Shown one piece after another: positions 18,024 through 27,529 of a DNA stretch of 64,000 bases. Each line of letters starts with the position of its first letter. Positions within the stretch are counted from its first letter, which is position 1. The DNA is taken from positions 629,634-693,633 of the forward strand of contig CAWBVI010000004.1 of assembly GCA_963792205.1 (NCBI GenBank), read 5' to 3'. The notes beneath the pieces are model-generated. The model had not been told where the DNA came from. It saw only the letters and a program-made list of their open reading frames with translations, and did no database searches. Origin of the DNA: an uncultured Microthrixaceae bacterium (GTDB taxonomy: Bacteria > Actinomycetota > Acidimicrobiia > Acidimicrobiales > DATDAH01). Position numbers and translations under genes: made by a program.

Positions 18024-19247
18024 ATGCCGGGACCGCTCGACGGGGTACGGGTCATCGAGGTCGCCATCTGGTGGTTCGTGCCCGCGGCCGGCGCCATCCT
18101 CGCCGACTGGGGCGCGGACGTGCTCAAGGTCGAGCACCCCGAGACGGGCGACCCCCAGCGGGCGCTGTTCACCATGGGCCTGGTGCCCACCACCGGCGGC
18201 GTGAACTTCATGATGGAGCAGTCCAACCGGGGCAAGCGCAGCATCGGCATCGACCTCGCCACCGACGGCGGCCGCGAGGTCCTCTACGACCTGGTGCAGG
18301 ACGCCGACGTCTTCCTCACCAACTTCCTGGCTCCCGCCCGCAAGCGGCTGCAGATCGACGTCGAGCACATCAAGGCCGTGAACCCCGGCATCGTCTACGC
18401 CCGCGGCACCGGCCAGGGCCCCGAGGGTCCCCACGCCGACCGAGGCGGCTACGACGCGGCCTCCTTCTGGTCCCGAGGCGGCATCGGCCACGCCCTCACC
18501 CCCGCCGGAGCGGAGTCGCCGGTGATGCAGAAGGCGGCGTTCGGCGACTCGATCGGCGCCATGACGATCGCCGGCGGCATCGCCGCCGGCCTGCTGCAGA
18601 AGGAGCGCACCGGCGAGGGCCCGGTGGTCGACATCTCGCTCCTCGGCACCGCCATGTGGGTCCTGGGCCCCGACATCGTCTCCAGCAAGCTGCTCGAGGG
18701 CTCCGGCAGCGGGGGCCTGCCGTCGTTCAGCCGCAAGACCAACTTCAACCCGCTGGTGAACACGTACCAGACCTCGGACGGGCGCTGGCTCATCCTGAAC
18801 ATGCTCCAGGCCGACGTCTTCTGGGCCGACTTCTGCCGCCACCTCGGCCGGGAGGACCTCATCGACGACGAGCGCTTCGCCGACGGAGCCGTCCGCTTCG
18901 AGAACCGCGAGGCCTGCATCGCCATCCTCGACGAGGAGTTCGCCAAGCACACCCTCGAGGAGTGGAAGGTCACGCTCGACACCATGGAGGGGGTCTGGGC
19001 GCCCATGCAGTCGGCGCTGGAGCTCCACGACGACCCCCAGGCGGTCGCCAACGGCTACCTGCCGACGCTGACCACGCCGGAGGGCGTCGACTTCGCCCTG
19101 GTGGCGGCGCCGGTCCAGTTCGACCAGGTCTCCCCCGAGCTCCGCACCGCACCCGAGCACGGCCAGCACACCGAGGAGATCCTCCTCGAACGGGGCATGG
19201 ACTGGGAGCGCCTCGCCGCCCTCAAGGAGGACGGCAGCATCCTCTAG
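18024..19247 (+). CDS. CoA-transferase family III (CaiB/BaiF-type)
   Basis: Starts MPGPLDGVRVIEVA...PAAGAILADWGADVLKVEHP, the typical N-terminus of the family. The ATG at 18024 follows GGGGGA. Confidence 0.9.
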   Translation: MPGPLDGVRVIEVAIWWFVPAAGAILADWGADVLKVEHPETGDPQRALFTMGLVPTTGGVNFMMEQSNRGKRSIGIDLATDGGREVLYDLVQDADVFLTNFLAPARKRLQIDVEHIKAVNPGIVYARGTGQGPEGPHADRGGYDAASFWSRGGIGHALTPAGAESPVMQKAAFGDSIGAMTIAGGIAAGLLQKERTGEGPVVDISLLGTAMWVLGPDIVSSKLLEGSGSGGLPSFSRKTNFNPLVNTYQTSDGRWLILNMLQADVFWADFCRHLGREDLIDDERFADGAVRFENREACIAILDEEFAKHTLEEWKVTLDTMEGVWAPMQSALELHDDPQAVANGYLPTLTTPEGVDFALVAAPVQFDQVSPELRTAPEHGQHTEEILLERGMDWERLAALKEDGSIL

Positions 19248-19588
19248 CGGGCCTGGTCCTGCTGCTCGTAGATGAGACGCAGGAGCCAGAAGCGCAGGAA
19301 CCGCGCCAGGGAGTAGCGCAGGAACACCGCCGCGCCGAGGATCGTCAGGGCGATGCCGAAGGCCCCGAGGACGAGCAGCTCGAGGATGTCGTTGGTGAAC
19401 GCCTCCCCGGTGGCGGCGAAGTAGGCGACGAGGCAGACGACGACCCCGGCGACCATGGCGACCACGCCGAGGATCGTGAAGCGCTGCTCGGCCTCGGCCT
19501 TGCCGGTCCGGATGCGGACGGCGGCGATCTCCTCCTCGAACTGCTCGCGGCGCCCACCACCGGTGCCGGCGGTCGTGTCGTCACTCAT
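19244..19588 (-). CDS. small membrane protein (2 TM helices), function unknown
   Basis: 114-aa ORF with two hydrophobic helices (ILGVVAMVAGVVVCLVAYFAA; LLVLGAFGIALTILGAAVFL). It lies 28 nt downstream of the ABC ATPase gene on the same strand. Confidence 0.55.
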   Translation of the reverse strand: MSDDTTAGTGGGRREQFEEEIAAVRIRTGKAEAEQRFTILGVVAMVAGVVVCLVAYFAATGEAFTNDILELLVLGAFGIALTILGAAVFLRYSLARFLRFWLLRLIYEQQDQAR

Positions 19589-19616
19589 TGCGTGCTCCCC
19601 TTCGGTGTCGCGGACT

Positions 19617-21107
19617 TCACCCGGCCGAGCCGGCCAGGTAGGCCTCGGTCAGTTCCTCGGCGATCTCTTCCGGCTGCCCGATGCGCCGGACTCTGCCGTG
19701 CAGCATGATGGCGGCGGTGTCGGCCACCCCGAGGACCTCGTGGGCGAACTGCTCGACCACCACGATCGACAGGCCCTCCCGGGCGATCGCGGCGACCTGT
19801 TCGTAGAGCCCCTGCACGATGATCGGCGCCAGTCCCATCGACAGCTCGTCGAGCAGCAACAGGCTGGGTTCGGTGGCCAGGGCCCGGGCCATCGACAGCA
19901 TCTGCTGCTCGCCGCCGGAGAGGGTGCCGGACACCTGGTTGCGGCGCTCGGCCAGGCGGGGGAAGCGGCCGTAGGCCCGCTCCTCGAGGTCGGCCTGGCT
20001 GGTACCGGTGAACGTGGCCATCTGCAGGTTCTCGGCGACGGTGAGGTTCGCGAAGATGCCCTTGCCCTCGGGGACCAGGCAGAGACCGGCCCGGGAGAGC
20101 GCGTCGGCGTCCGCCCCCGTGACCACCCGCCCGCAGAGGGCGACGGTGCCCGAGGTCGGGGGCAGGAGCCCGGCGATGACCTTGAGGGTGGTCGACTTGC
20201 CGGCCCCGTTGGGCCCGAGCAGGGCGAACACCTCGCCGGTGTGGACCGAGAAGTCCACCCCGTCGACGACGTCGAAGTCGCCGTAGCCGGCGCTCACGTC
20301 GCGCACCTCGAGGATCGGGATCTCTTCGTCGTCGAGGTCGCGGCGGACGGCCTTCGCCTTCGGGCCACTCCCGCTGCCGAGGTAGGCCTCCTGCACCCGC
20401 TCGTCGGCTTGGACCTCCTCGGGCGTGCCCACCGCGATGATCTGGCCGAAGTCGAGCACGTGGATGTCGTCGCAGGTGCTCATCACCAGGGTCATGTCGT
20501 GCTCGACGAGCAGGATGCCGATGCCGTCGGCGGCGAGCGACCGCAGCACGGTGGCCATGGCCTCGGTCTCGGTCTCGTTGAGCCCCGACGACACCTCGTC
20601 CAGCAGGACGAGACGGGGCTGGTTGGCCAGCGCCCGGCCCAGCTCGACGAGACGGGCCCGGCCCGTGGGCAGGCTGTCGACGCGCTCGTCGACCATGTCG
20701 CCCAGGCCCAGGCGCTCGATCAGCTCGTCGGCGACGGCCTCCGGATCCGTGTGGTCGGCATCGGCACCGACCCGCCGGGTCCAGGTCCGGCGCATCTCGG
20801 CCCCGGCGAGGATGTTCTCCCGCACGGAGAGCAACGTGAAGACCTCGAGGCGCTGGAACGTCCGGGCGAGGCCCCGGCGGGCCCGCTTGTGCGCCGCCAG
20901 CTTGGTGATGTCCTCGCCATCGAGGACCACCGTGCCCCGGGCCATCGGCTGCAGCCCGCAGAGGGCGTTGAACATCGTCGTCTTGCCGGCCCCGTTCGGG
21001 CCGATCAGGCCCGTGATGCGGCCGTCGTCGACGTCGAGGTCGACCTCGGACACCGCGAGGTTGCCGCCGAAGCGGACCGTGATCGCCCTAGCTTCGAGCA
21101 GCGCCAT
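19617..21107 (-). CDS. fused ABC-transporter ATP-binding protein (LivG-like plus LivF-like halves)
   Basis: 496 aa with two Walker A motifs (GPNGAGKTT, GPNGAGKST) and two signature/Walker B sets (LPTGRARLVELGRAL..LVLLDE; LSGGEQQMLSMARAL..LLLLDE). Confidence 0.9.
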   Translation of the reverse strand: MALLEARAITVRFGGNLAVSEVDLDVDDGRITGLIGPNGAGKTTMFNALCGLQPMARGTVVLDGEDITKLAAHKRARRGLARTFQRLEVFTLLSVRENILAGAEMRRTWTRRVGADADHTDPEAVADELIERLGLGDMVDERVDSLPTGRARLVELGRALANQPRLVLLDEVSSGLNETETEAMATVLRSLAADGIGILLVEHDMTLVMSTCDDIHVLDFGQIIAVGTPEEVQADERVQEAYLGSGSGPKAKAVRRDLDDEEIPILEVRDVSAGYGDFDVVDGVDFSVHTGEVFALLGPNGAGKSTTLKVIAGLLPPTSGTVALCGRVVTGADADALSRAGLCLVPEGKGIFANLTVAENLQMATFTGTSQADLEERAYGRFPRLAERRNQVSGTLSGGEQQMLSMARALATEPSLLLLDELSMGLAPIIVQGLYEQVAAIAREGLSIVVVEQFAHEVLGVADTAAIMLHGRVRRIGQPEEIAEELTEAYLAGSAG

Positions 21108-23127
21108 ACAACGGCTCCTCGTCGAGGGCCAGCTCGCGGTCGAGCAGGTCCCGGTCGGTGTCGGTCAGGGCGGCGTCCAGGCCCAGGCGGTCCCAGTCGG
21201 GCTCGCCGACGGTCTCCCCTGCCGCCTTCGCCTTCCGCAGGGCGATCCTCTCCTTCACGCTCTTCACGGTCTCGTTGACCGCGCCGTTGGGGTTGCGCCC
21301 GAGGCTGATCCCGGCGAGGGCGGGACCGAGGGCGAGGAGGTTCTCCAGCGACGGCACCAGGTCCGGGATGATGAAGAAGGCGAGGGCGAAGACGATCCCA
21401 CCGAACAGGGCGCCGCCGACGGCGCCGATGCCGCCGATCACCGCGAGCAGCACGATCGGCAGGCCCTGCAGGAAGCGGAAGCTGTCGGGCGACACCGAGT
21501 TGGACTGCGCCCCGAGCAGCGCCCCGCCCAGGCCGGCGATGGCCGCCGAGAGGGCGAACACCTCCACCTTGGTCCGGGTCAGGTTGAGGCCGAGGGTCAC
21601 GCAGGCGGCCGGGCTCGCCTTCATGGCCAGGAGCCGGCGACCGAACTCGCCCCGGCGCAGGAACACGAGGAACAGGCTGACCAGGCCGAACACCACCGAG
21701 AGCAGGACGAGGTGGGCCCGGTTGCTCTCGAAGGAGATCCCGAAGAGATCCAGCCGGGGCACGTTCAGGCTGGCGTTGGGGAGGATGATGCTCTGGTTGA
21801 AGAACATCTTCTCCATGAACACGGCGAAGGCGGCCGTGGCCAGGGCCAGGTAGAGGCCCTGGAGGCGGAGGGCGGGCAGGGCGATGATGGCGCCGACGAG
21901 GCCGGTGACGGCGGCGGCGAGCAACAGGCCCCAGATCGTCCCGTTCCCCCCGAAGTGGCCCATCACCACGGCACCGATGCCGGCGAAGGTCAGCGGGGCG
22001 AGGTTGATCTGGCCACCCCAGCCGATGAGCGGGACGAGCGACAGCATGATGATGCCCGACGCCATCCCGATGCCGAGGTGAAAGAGGCGGATGTCCGCGA
22101 GCTGGGTCCCGATGACCCACGCCAGGGCGCCGAGCACGACCGTCCCGATCGCCCAGCGGCGCAGCGGCGGCATCGGGATGTACTCGCGGGACTTGTGCTG
22201 GCCGGACGCCCGCACCCGCAGCGGCGGCAGCACCAGCAGGATGAGGAAGAGGAAGATGACCGGCAGGGCCGGACGGAGGCCGCTGAGCGAGATCGGCGTG
22301 AAGTCGTTCCAGCCGAAGATCGACGTGATCGACTGGTTCGTCGGCAGGTAGCCGACCGCGTACGACTCGCCGAGGCCGATGATCAGCGCGCCGACGAAGG
22401 TGAGCGGCAGGCTGCGCAACCGGCCGAACATCGCCGCGGCGTAGGCGTTGATGACGAGCAGGGTCAGGTCCAGGTGCTTGAGCACGCCCTGGCTGCCGGC
22501 CAGCAGGATCCCCGACAGGGCCGCCAGCGACGTCCCTATGGCCCAGGCCATCATGGCCGACCGGTCGGGCCGGCTCCCGGTGAGCTGGGCCAGCGGGCGG
22601 TCGTCGACGACGGCGCGCATGGCCACGCCGGTACGGGTCCCGAAGAGCAGCGAGCGCAGGAAGAGCGCCACCAGCAGCGCGGCCACGATCGTCGTCGCGT
22701 CGTGCCACTGGAGGTTGACCACCCCCAGGTCGAAGGCGTTGCCGTCGTAGAAGCCGGGAAAGCGCCGCCCCTGGTCGGGCGGGAACAGGATCAGGGCGCC
22801 CTGGAACACCCCGAAGAGCAGGCTGACCGAGACCACCAGCTTCGTGACCTCGGAGACGTTGTCGAGGCCCCGGAAGATGACCCGTTCGATGGCGGCGCCG
22901 AACGCCGGGGCGACGATGCCGAGCATGACCACGAGGGCGATCGGGGCCGGCCAGCCCCACTCGATCCGGAACTTCCAGTAGACGAACGCGGCCATCATCC
23001 CGAAGGCCCCGTGGGCGAAGTTGAAGATGCCCGAGGTCGTGTAGGTCACCACCAGGCCGCTGGCCGCGACCGCGTAGATGGCCGCCGTGACGATTCCGAA
23101 GACCGTGAACGTCAGGAACTGGTCCAA
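21088..23127 (-). CDS. fused branched-chain-amino-acid-type ABC permease (LivH-like plus LivM-like)
   Basis: 679-aa polytopic ORF. LivH-like N-terminus MDQFLTFTVFGIVTAAIYAVAASGLVVTY..GIFNFAHG. It overlaps the ATPase start by 20 nt. Confidence 0.85.
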   Translation of the reverse strand: MDQFLTFTVFGIVTAAIYAVAASGLVVTYTTSGIFNFAHGAFGMMAAFVYWKFRIEWGWPAPIALVVMLGIVAPAFGAAIERVIFRGLDNVSEVTKLVVSVSLLFGVFQGALILFPPDQGRRFPGFYDGNAFDLGVVNLQWHDATTIVAALLVALFLRSLLFGTRTGVAMRAVVDDRPLAQLTGSRPDRSAMMAWAIGTSLAALSGILLAGSQGVLKHLDLTLLVINAYAAAMFGRLRSLPLTFVGALIIGLGESYAVGYLPTNQSITSIFGWNDFTPISLSGLRPALPVIFLFLILLVLPPLRVRASGQHKSREYIPMPPLRRWAIGTVVLGALAWVIGTQLADIRLFHLGIGMASGIIMLSLVPLIGWGGQINLAPLTFAGIGAVVMGHFGGNGTIWGLLLAAAVTGLVGAIIALPALRLQGLYLALATAAFAVFMEKMFFNQSIILPNASLNVPRLDLFGISFESNRAHLVLLSVVFGLVSLFLVFLRRGEFGRRLLAMKASPAACVTLGLNLTRTKVEVFALSAAIAGLGGALLGAQSNSVSPDSFRFLQGLPIVLLAVIGGIGAVGGALFGGIVFALAFFIIPDLVPSLENLLALGPALAGISLGRNPNGAVNETVKSVKERIALRKAKAAGETVGEPDWDRLGLDAALTDTDRDLLDRELALDEEPLYGAARS

Positions 23128-23178
23128 CCCGTCGTACCCCCCAGGACGATCGGAGCGCTGAGCTTAGGAGCTGGTCGG

Positions 23179-24567
23179 CTACCCGACGGCGTAGTCGCCC
23201 TCGAGTTGGACGACGTAGGCCGGGTCGCAGGAGTAGTCCTCTGCCGGCGCGTAGCGGACGAACGCTCCGTCCTGGACCTGCAGCACGATCGTGCAGTCCG
23301 GCCCCCGGTTCTCGCCCGGGTTGGTCGGGGCGTGCAGTCCGCCGCCCGTCCAGTCGGTGACCGAGGCCGCGCCCTCGAGCACGCAGGTCCGGGTCAGGTC
23401 GTCCTCCAGGTCACAGTCGCGCGCCGCTTGGGCGAACATCAGCCACGCCGACCACGACTGGGCGCCGAGCAGGGCGACCTTGCCGTCCACCGCCTCGACG
23501 TGCTCGATGTACTGCTGGGTGGCCGGGTTCTGGTCGGCCTCCTCGAAGGGCCAGAAGGCATTGCGCAGGTACGTCCCGTCGGCCGCCGGGCCCGCGGCCT
23601 CGAGATAGGCCTGGTCGTAGAAGTTGGCGTCCTGCAGCGTGATCTCGACCTCGTAGCCGATCTCGTCGAGGGCCTGCTGGAGCAGGGCCAGGTTCTCGCC
23701 CTCGCCCACGAAGGTGAGGAAGGTCACGCCCGCCTCCTCGATGGCGGCGGCGAAGGGGGCCCAGTTGGCCTCGCCCAGGATGTTGTAGGTGTTCTCGTGG
23801 ACGATCTCGAAGCCGAGGCTCTCGTAGGCCTCCTTCACCCGCGCGGCCTGGGTGATCAAGGTGTCGAGGTCGGCGTTGAGGATCCCGACGTTGGCGCCGG
23901 CGTCGGGGAACTCCTCGTTGAGAATGGTGGCGGCCCCGACCGGGAACTCGTTCAGCGGGTTGGGCACGGGCTGGACCGAGCGGGTCTCCAACGGGTCCTG
24001 GCCGGTCACGCCCGCCTTCTCGGGCGTGACCGAGAAGCCGGCGATGTCGATCAGCCCACAGGCCGCACCCACGGTGGGCCAGAAGTTGTCCTGCACCGCA
24101 CCGGAGCCGACGAGGGCGAAGTCCTCCTGGCAGGCCTGCTCGACCACGGGCTGGTACTCGGAGATGGCCGCGTCGCGCAGGTTGACCTCGATCTGCTTGC
24201 CGTTGATGCCGCCGGCGGCGTTGCACCACTCGGCGAACGCCGTGGCCGCGTCGTGGAGCTCGATGTTCAGCCCGGGTCGACCCTCGAAGCCCGGATCGGA
24301 CACGGTGCCGATGGTGATCGAGTCGGCCGTGACCCCCTGCGTCTCGGCCGCGTCGCCGGTCGGCACTTCGCCCCCGCCCTCGTTCGGCCCGCAGACGCCC
24401 GTCAGGTCGCCGAAGTCCCCGGCGCCACCACCGGCGGCCGCTTCGGTCGTGGCGGACGACTGGTCGGAGCCGACGTCCCCGGCGTCCTCCCCGCCCCGGT
24501 CCTCACCGCATGCGGCGGCGGTCAGGGCGAGCACAGCGAGCAGCGCGAGCAGACGACGGACGGTCAT
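23179..24567 (-). CDS. ABC-transporter substrate-binding lipoprotein (type I PBP, Liv-like), paralog 1
   Basis: 462 aa. Signal plus lipobox LLAVLALTAAACG. Shares GDFGDLTGVCGPNEGGGEVPTGDAAETQG..ITIGTVSDPGFEG with the two upstream paralogs. Confidence 0.85.
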   Translation of the reverse strand: MTVRRLLALLAVLALTAAACGEDRGGEDAGDVGSDQSSATTEAAAGGGAGDFGDLTGVCGPNEGGGEVPTGDAAETQGVTADSITIGTVSDPGFEGRPGLNIELHDAATAFAEWCNAAGGINGKQIEVNLRDAAISEYQPVVEQACQEDFALVGSGAVQDNFWPTVGAACGLIDIAGFSVTPEKAGVTGQDPLETRSVQPVPNPLNEFPVGAATILNEEFPDAGANVGILNADLDTLITQAARVKEAYESLGFEIVHENTYNILGEANWAPFAAAIEEAGVTFLTFVGEGENLALLQQALDEIGYEVEITLQDANFYDQAYLEAAGPAADGTYLRNAFWPFEEADQNPATQQYIEHVEAVDGKVALLGAQSWSAWLMFAQAARDCDLEDDLTRTCVLEGAASVTDWTGGGLHAPTNPGENRGPDCTIVLQVQDGAFVRYAPAEDYSCDPAYVVQLEGDYAVG

Positions 24568-24606
24568 GTTCTCCTCGGGGGTGTCGGAAGGGGGAGGCCG
24601 ACGCGA

Positions 24607-24635
24607 GATGGCCCCTCGCCGGGCGAGGGGCCATC
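24607..24635. terminator. GC-rich hairpin between binding-protein paralogs 2 and 1
   Basis: GATGGCCCCTCG-CCGGG-CGAGGGGCCATC, a 12-bp stem. Its role (terminator, attenuator or mRNA stabiliser) is not determinable from sequence. Confidence 0.4.
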
Positions 24636-24646
24636 TAAGCAGAAAA

Positions 24647-24661
24647 CTGACGGTCCGTCAG
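24647..24661. promoter_or_regulatory. palindrome CTGACGGTCCGTCAG
   Basis: 7-1-7 inverted repeat, 10 nt downstream of the paralog-2 stop. It has the CTGAC-N5-GTCAG architecture also seen at 5080 and 26121. Confidence 0.35.
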
Positions 24662-24671
24662 ATTCGGGCGG

Positions 24672-26063
24672 TCATCCGATCTCGACCACGAAGGGCTCCT
24701 CGCTGTCCTCGCCGCAGTCGAAGCCCTCGTCGGGGGCGAAGCGGGTGAATTCGCCGTCCTGGACCTGCAGGACGAGGGTGCACTCGGGGGGCTCATTGCT
24801 CCCCGGGTTGGTCGGGACGTGGAGACCCCCGCCGGTCCAGTCGGTCACCGATGCCGCCCCCTCGAGCACGCAGCTCCGGGTCAGGTTGTCCTCGAGGTCG
24901 CAGTCCCGCGCCGCCTGGGCGAACATCAGCCAGGCCGACATCGACTGGGTGCCCAGCTGGGCCACCTCGCCGTCGACGGCCTCGACCAGGTCGATGTACT
25001 GCTGGGTCGCGGGGTTGCTGTCCGCCTCCTCGAAGGGATGGAACACGGTGCGGACGAAGACGCCGTCGGCGTTCGGCCCGGCCTCGTCGACCCAGGCCTG
25101 GTCGTAGAAGTTGGCCTCCATGGCCATGACCTCGGGCCGGAAGCCCACCTCGTCCATGGCCTGGAGGAGCAGGGCGAAGTTCCCGCCTTCCCCGACCATG
25201 TGGAAGAACTGCACGTCGTCTCGTTGCAGCGCGGCGGCGAACGGGGCCCAGTTGGCCTCGCCGAGGATGTTGTAGCCCGTCTCGTGGACGAACTCGTGGC
25301 CGATCTCCTCGAGCCCGGCGATGACCCGGTCCTTCTGCACGATGGTCGTGTCGAGGTCGCCGAAGAGCACGCCCGAGCGGGTGATGGCGTCCGGAGACTC
25401 GGCGTCGATGATGGTGTAGGCCCCGACCTGGAACCGGTCCGACGGGTTGGGCACGGGCTGGACCGAACGGGCCTCGATGGGGTCGCGCCCGGCGAGCCCC
25501 GCCTTCGCCGGCGTGACCGAGAAGCCGGCGATGTCGATCAGGCCGCAGGCCGCCCCGATCTCGGGCCAGAAGTTGTCCTGGACCGCCCCGGAGCCGACGA
25601 TGGCGAAGTCCTGGTCGCACGACTGCTCGAGCACCGGCTGGTACTCGGTGATGGCCGCGTCACGCAGGTTGAGCTCGAGCTGCTTGCCGTTGATGCCTCC
25701 CGCCGCGTTGCACCACTCGACGAAGGCCGTACCGGCGTCGAAGATCTCCTGGTTCAGGCCGGGGGCACCCTCGAAGCCCGGATCGGAGACGGTGCCGACG
25801 GTGATCGTGTCGTCCGTGATGCCCTGGGTCTCAGCCGCGTCGCCGGTCGGCACCTCGCCGCCGCCCTCGTTGGGGCCACACACGCCCGTCAAGTCGCCGA
25901 AGTCGCCGGCGCCGCCGCCCTCGGGCGCGGCCGTGGTCTCGGTGCTGGACTCCGTGCTGTCGGTGCCGCCAGCCTCGTCCCCCTCGCGGTCGCTCCCGCA
26001 GCTCGCGGCCAGGAGCACCCCGACGGCGATGAGCGCGATCAGCGCTCGACGTCGTGCCTTCAT
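24672..26063 (-). CDS. ABC-transporter substrate-binding lipoprotein, paralog 2
   Basis: Starts MKARRRALIALIAVGVLLAASCGSDREGDEAGG (lipobox), in frame with track ORF 24672..26726. The upstream remainder of that ORF overlaps paralog 3 out of frame. Confidence 0.85.
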   Translation of the reverse strand: MKARRRALIALIAVGVLLAASCGSDREGDEAGGTDSTESSTETTAAPEGGGAGDFGDLTGVCGPNEGGGEVPTGDAAETQGITDDTITVGTVSDPGFEGAPGLNQEIFDAGTAFVEWCNAAGGINGKQLELNLRDAAITEYQPVLEQSCDQDFAIVGSGAVQDNFWPEIGAACGLIDIAGFSVTPAKAGLAGRDPIEARSVQPVPNPSDRFQVGAYTIIDAESPDAITRSGVLFGDLDTTIVQKDRVIAGLEEIGHEFVHETGYNILGEANWAPFAAALQRDDVQFFHMVGEGGNFALLLQAMDEVGFRPEVMAMEANFYDQAWVDEAGPNADGVFVRTVFHPFEEADSNPATQQYIDLVEAVDGEVAQLGTQSMSAWLMFAQAARDCDLEDNLTRSCVLEGAASVTDWTGGGLHVPTNPGSNEPPECTLVLQVQDGEFTRFAPDEGFDCGEDSEEPFVVEIG

Positions 26064-26105
26064 GTTCCCCCCTTGGGTCGCCGGCCCCCCGGTCGGCGCG
26101 GCGAC

Positions 26106-26135
26106 CACTATCGCACGGATCTGACGACCCGTCAG
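26106..26135. promoter_or_regulatory. conserved box CACTATCGCACGGATC plus palindrome CTGACGACCCGTCAG upstream of paralog 2
   Basis: The 16-nt box (26106-26121) is repeated exactly at 27567-27582 upstream of paralog 3. On the gene strand it reads GATCCGTGCGATAGTG, which contains a -10-like GATAGT. The palindrome (26121-26135) overlaps the paralog-3 stop codon. Confidence 0.35.
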
Positions 26136-27529
26136 GACACGCCCGGGGGATCCACCTCGACGACGTAGGGCTGGTCGCTGTCCTCGCCGCAGTCGTAGCC
26201 CTCCTCCGGGGCGAAGCGGGTGAACGCTCCGTCCTGGATCTGGAGCACGACCGTGCAGGGGGTGGGCTCGTTCGTTCCCGGCGTGGTCGGGGCGTGGAGC
26301 CCGCCACCCGTCCAGTCCTCGACCGAGGCCGCAGCCTCGAGCACGCAACTGCGGGTCAGGTCGTTCTCGAGGTCGCAGTCGCGGGCCGACTGGGCGAAGA
26401 GCAGCCAGGAGGACATCGACTGGGCGCCGAGCAGGGCGATCTTGCCGCCGGTGGCGGTCAGCAGGTCGAGGTACTGCTGGGTGGCTGGGTTCTGGTCGGC
26501 CTCCTCGAAGGGCCAGAAGACCGTCCGGATGTAGACGCCATCGGCGGCCGGCCCCGCGGCGTCGACCCAGCCCTGGTCGTAGAGGTTGGTCTCCATGAGC
26601 ATGAGGTCCGGCCGGTAGCCGACCTCGTCCATGGCCTGGATCAGCAGCGCGAAGTTCTCGCCCTCGCCCACGAAGTGCAGGAACCGGACGTCGTCCTCCT
26701 GGAGCGCCGCGGCGAAGGGGGCCCAATTGGCCTCGCCGAGGATGTTGTAGGACGCCTCGTGCACGAAGGTGTGCCCGATCTGCTCGAGGGCGTCGACGGT
26801 CTTGTCCTTCTGGGCGATGATCGTGTCGAGGTCGGCGTAGACGATGCCGGAACGCTCGATGGCCTCAGGGTTCTCGGCGTCGACGGTCAGGTAGGAGCCG
26901 ACCTGGAAGCGGTCGCCCACGTTGGGCAGGGGCTGCACCGAGCGGGCCTCGATGGCGTCCCGACCAGCGAGCCCGGCCTTCTCCGTGGTGACCGAGAAGC
27001 CGGCGATGTCGATCAGCCCGCAGGCGGCGCCGACCGTCGGCCAGAAGTTGTCCTGTACCGCCCCGGAGCCGACGATGCCGAAGTCCTCTTCGCACGACTG
27101 CTCCATCACCGGCTGGTACTCCGTGACGGCCGCGTCCCGCAGGTTGAGCTCGAGCTGCTTGCCGTTGATGCCGCCGGCTTCGTTGCACCACTCGACGAAG
27201 GCCGTGCCGGTGTCGAAGATCTCCTGGTTCAGGCCGGGTCGGCCCTCGAAACCGGGGTCGGACACGGTGCCCACCGTGATCGTGTCGGCGGTGATGCCCT
27301 GGGTCTCGGCGGGGTCGCCGCTGGGCACCTCGCCGCCGCCCTCGTTCGGGCCGCACACCGCTGCCAGATCACCGAAGTCCCCCGCGCCGCCGCCCTCGGG
27401 CGCGGCCGTGGTCTCGGTGGTGGAGTCGTCGCTGCCGCCGGCCTCGTCCCCCTCTCGGTCGCTGCCGCAGCTCGCGGCGAGGAGTGCGCCCAGCGCGACG
27501 AGCGTGAGCAGCAGCCGGCGTGTCGTCAT
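26132..27529 (-). CDS. ABC-transporter substrate-binding lipoprotein, paralog 3
   Basis: 465 aa. Starts MTTRRLLLTLVALGALLAASCGSDREGDEAGG. Closest to paralog 2. Confidence 0.85.
   Translation of the reverse strand: MTTRRLLLTLVALGALLAASCGSDREGDEAGGSDDSTTETTAAPEGGGAGDFGDLAAVCGPNEGGGEVPSGDPAETQGITADTITVGTVSDPGFEGRPGLNQEIFDTGTAFVEWCNEAGGINGKQLELNLRDAAVTEYQPVMEQSCEEDFGIVGSGAVQDNFWPTVGAACGLIDIAGFSVTTEKAGLAGRDAIEARSVQPLPNVGDRFQVGSYLTVDAENPEAIERSGIVYADLDTIIAQKDKTVDALEQIGHTFVHEASYNILGEANWAPFAAALQEDDVRFLHFVGEGENFALLIQAMDEVGYRPDLMLMETNLYDQGWVDAAGPAADGVYIRTVFWPFEEADQNPATQQYLDLLTATGGKIALLGAQSMSSWLLFAQSARDCDLENDLTRSCVLEAAASVEDWTGGGLHAPTTPGTNEPTPCTVVLQIQDGAFTRFAPEEGYDCGEDSDQPYVVEVDPPGVS

Noticed and set aside
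15270-19247. Track ORF of 1325 aa on the + strand. Similar giants: 20425..25107 (+, 1560 aa), 27594..31088 (-, 1164 aa), 39276..42113 (-, 945 aa), 57063..59927 (+, 954 aa), 11254..14511 (+, 1085 aa).
   Set aside because: They are open only because stop codons are rare in this GC-rich DNA. The translations are Arg/Gly/Pro/Asp-rich low-complexity strings. They run antisense or out of frame across genes with clear family motifs. Only their terminal, motif-bearing parts are real, for example the CoA-transferase from 18024 and the thiolase from 13336.
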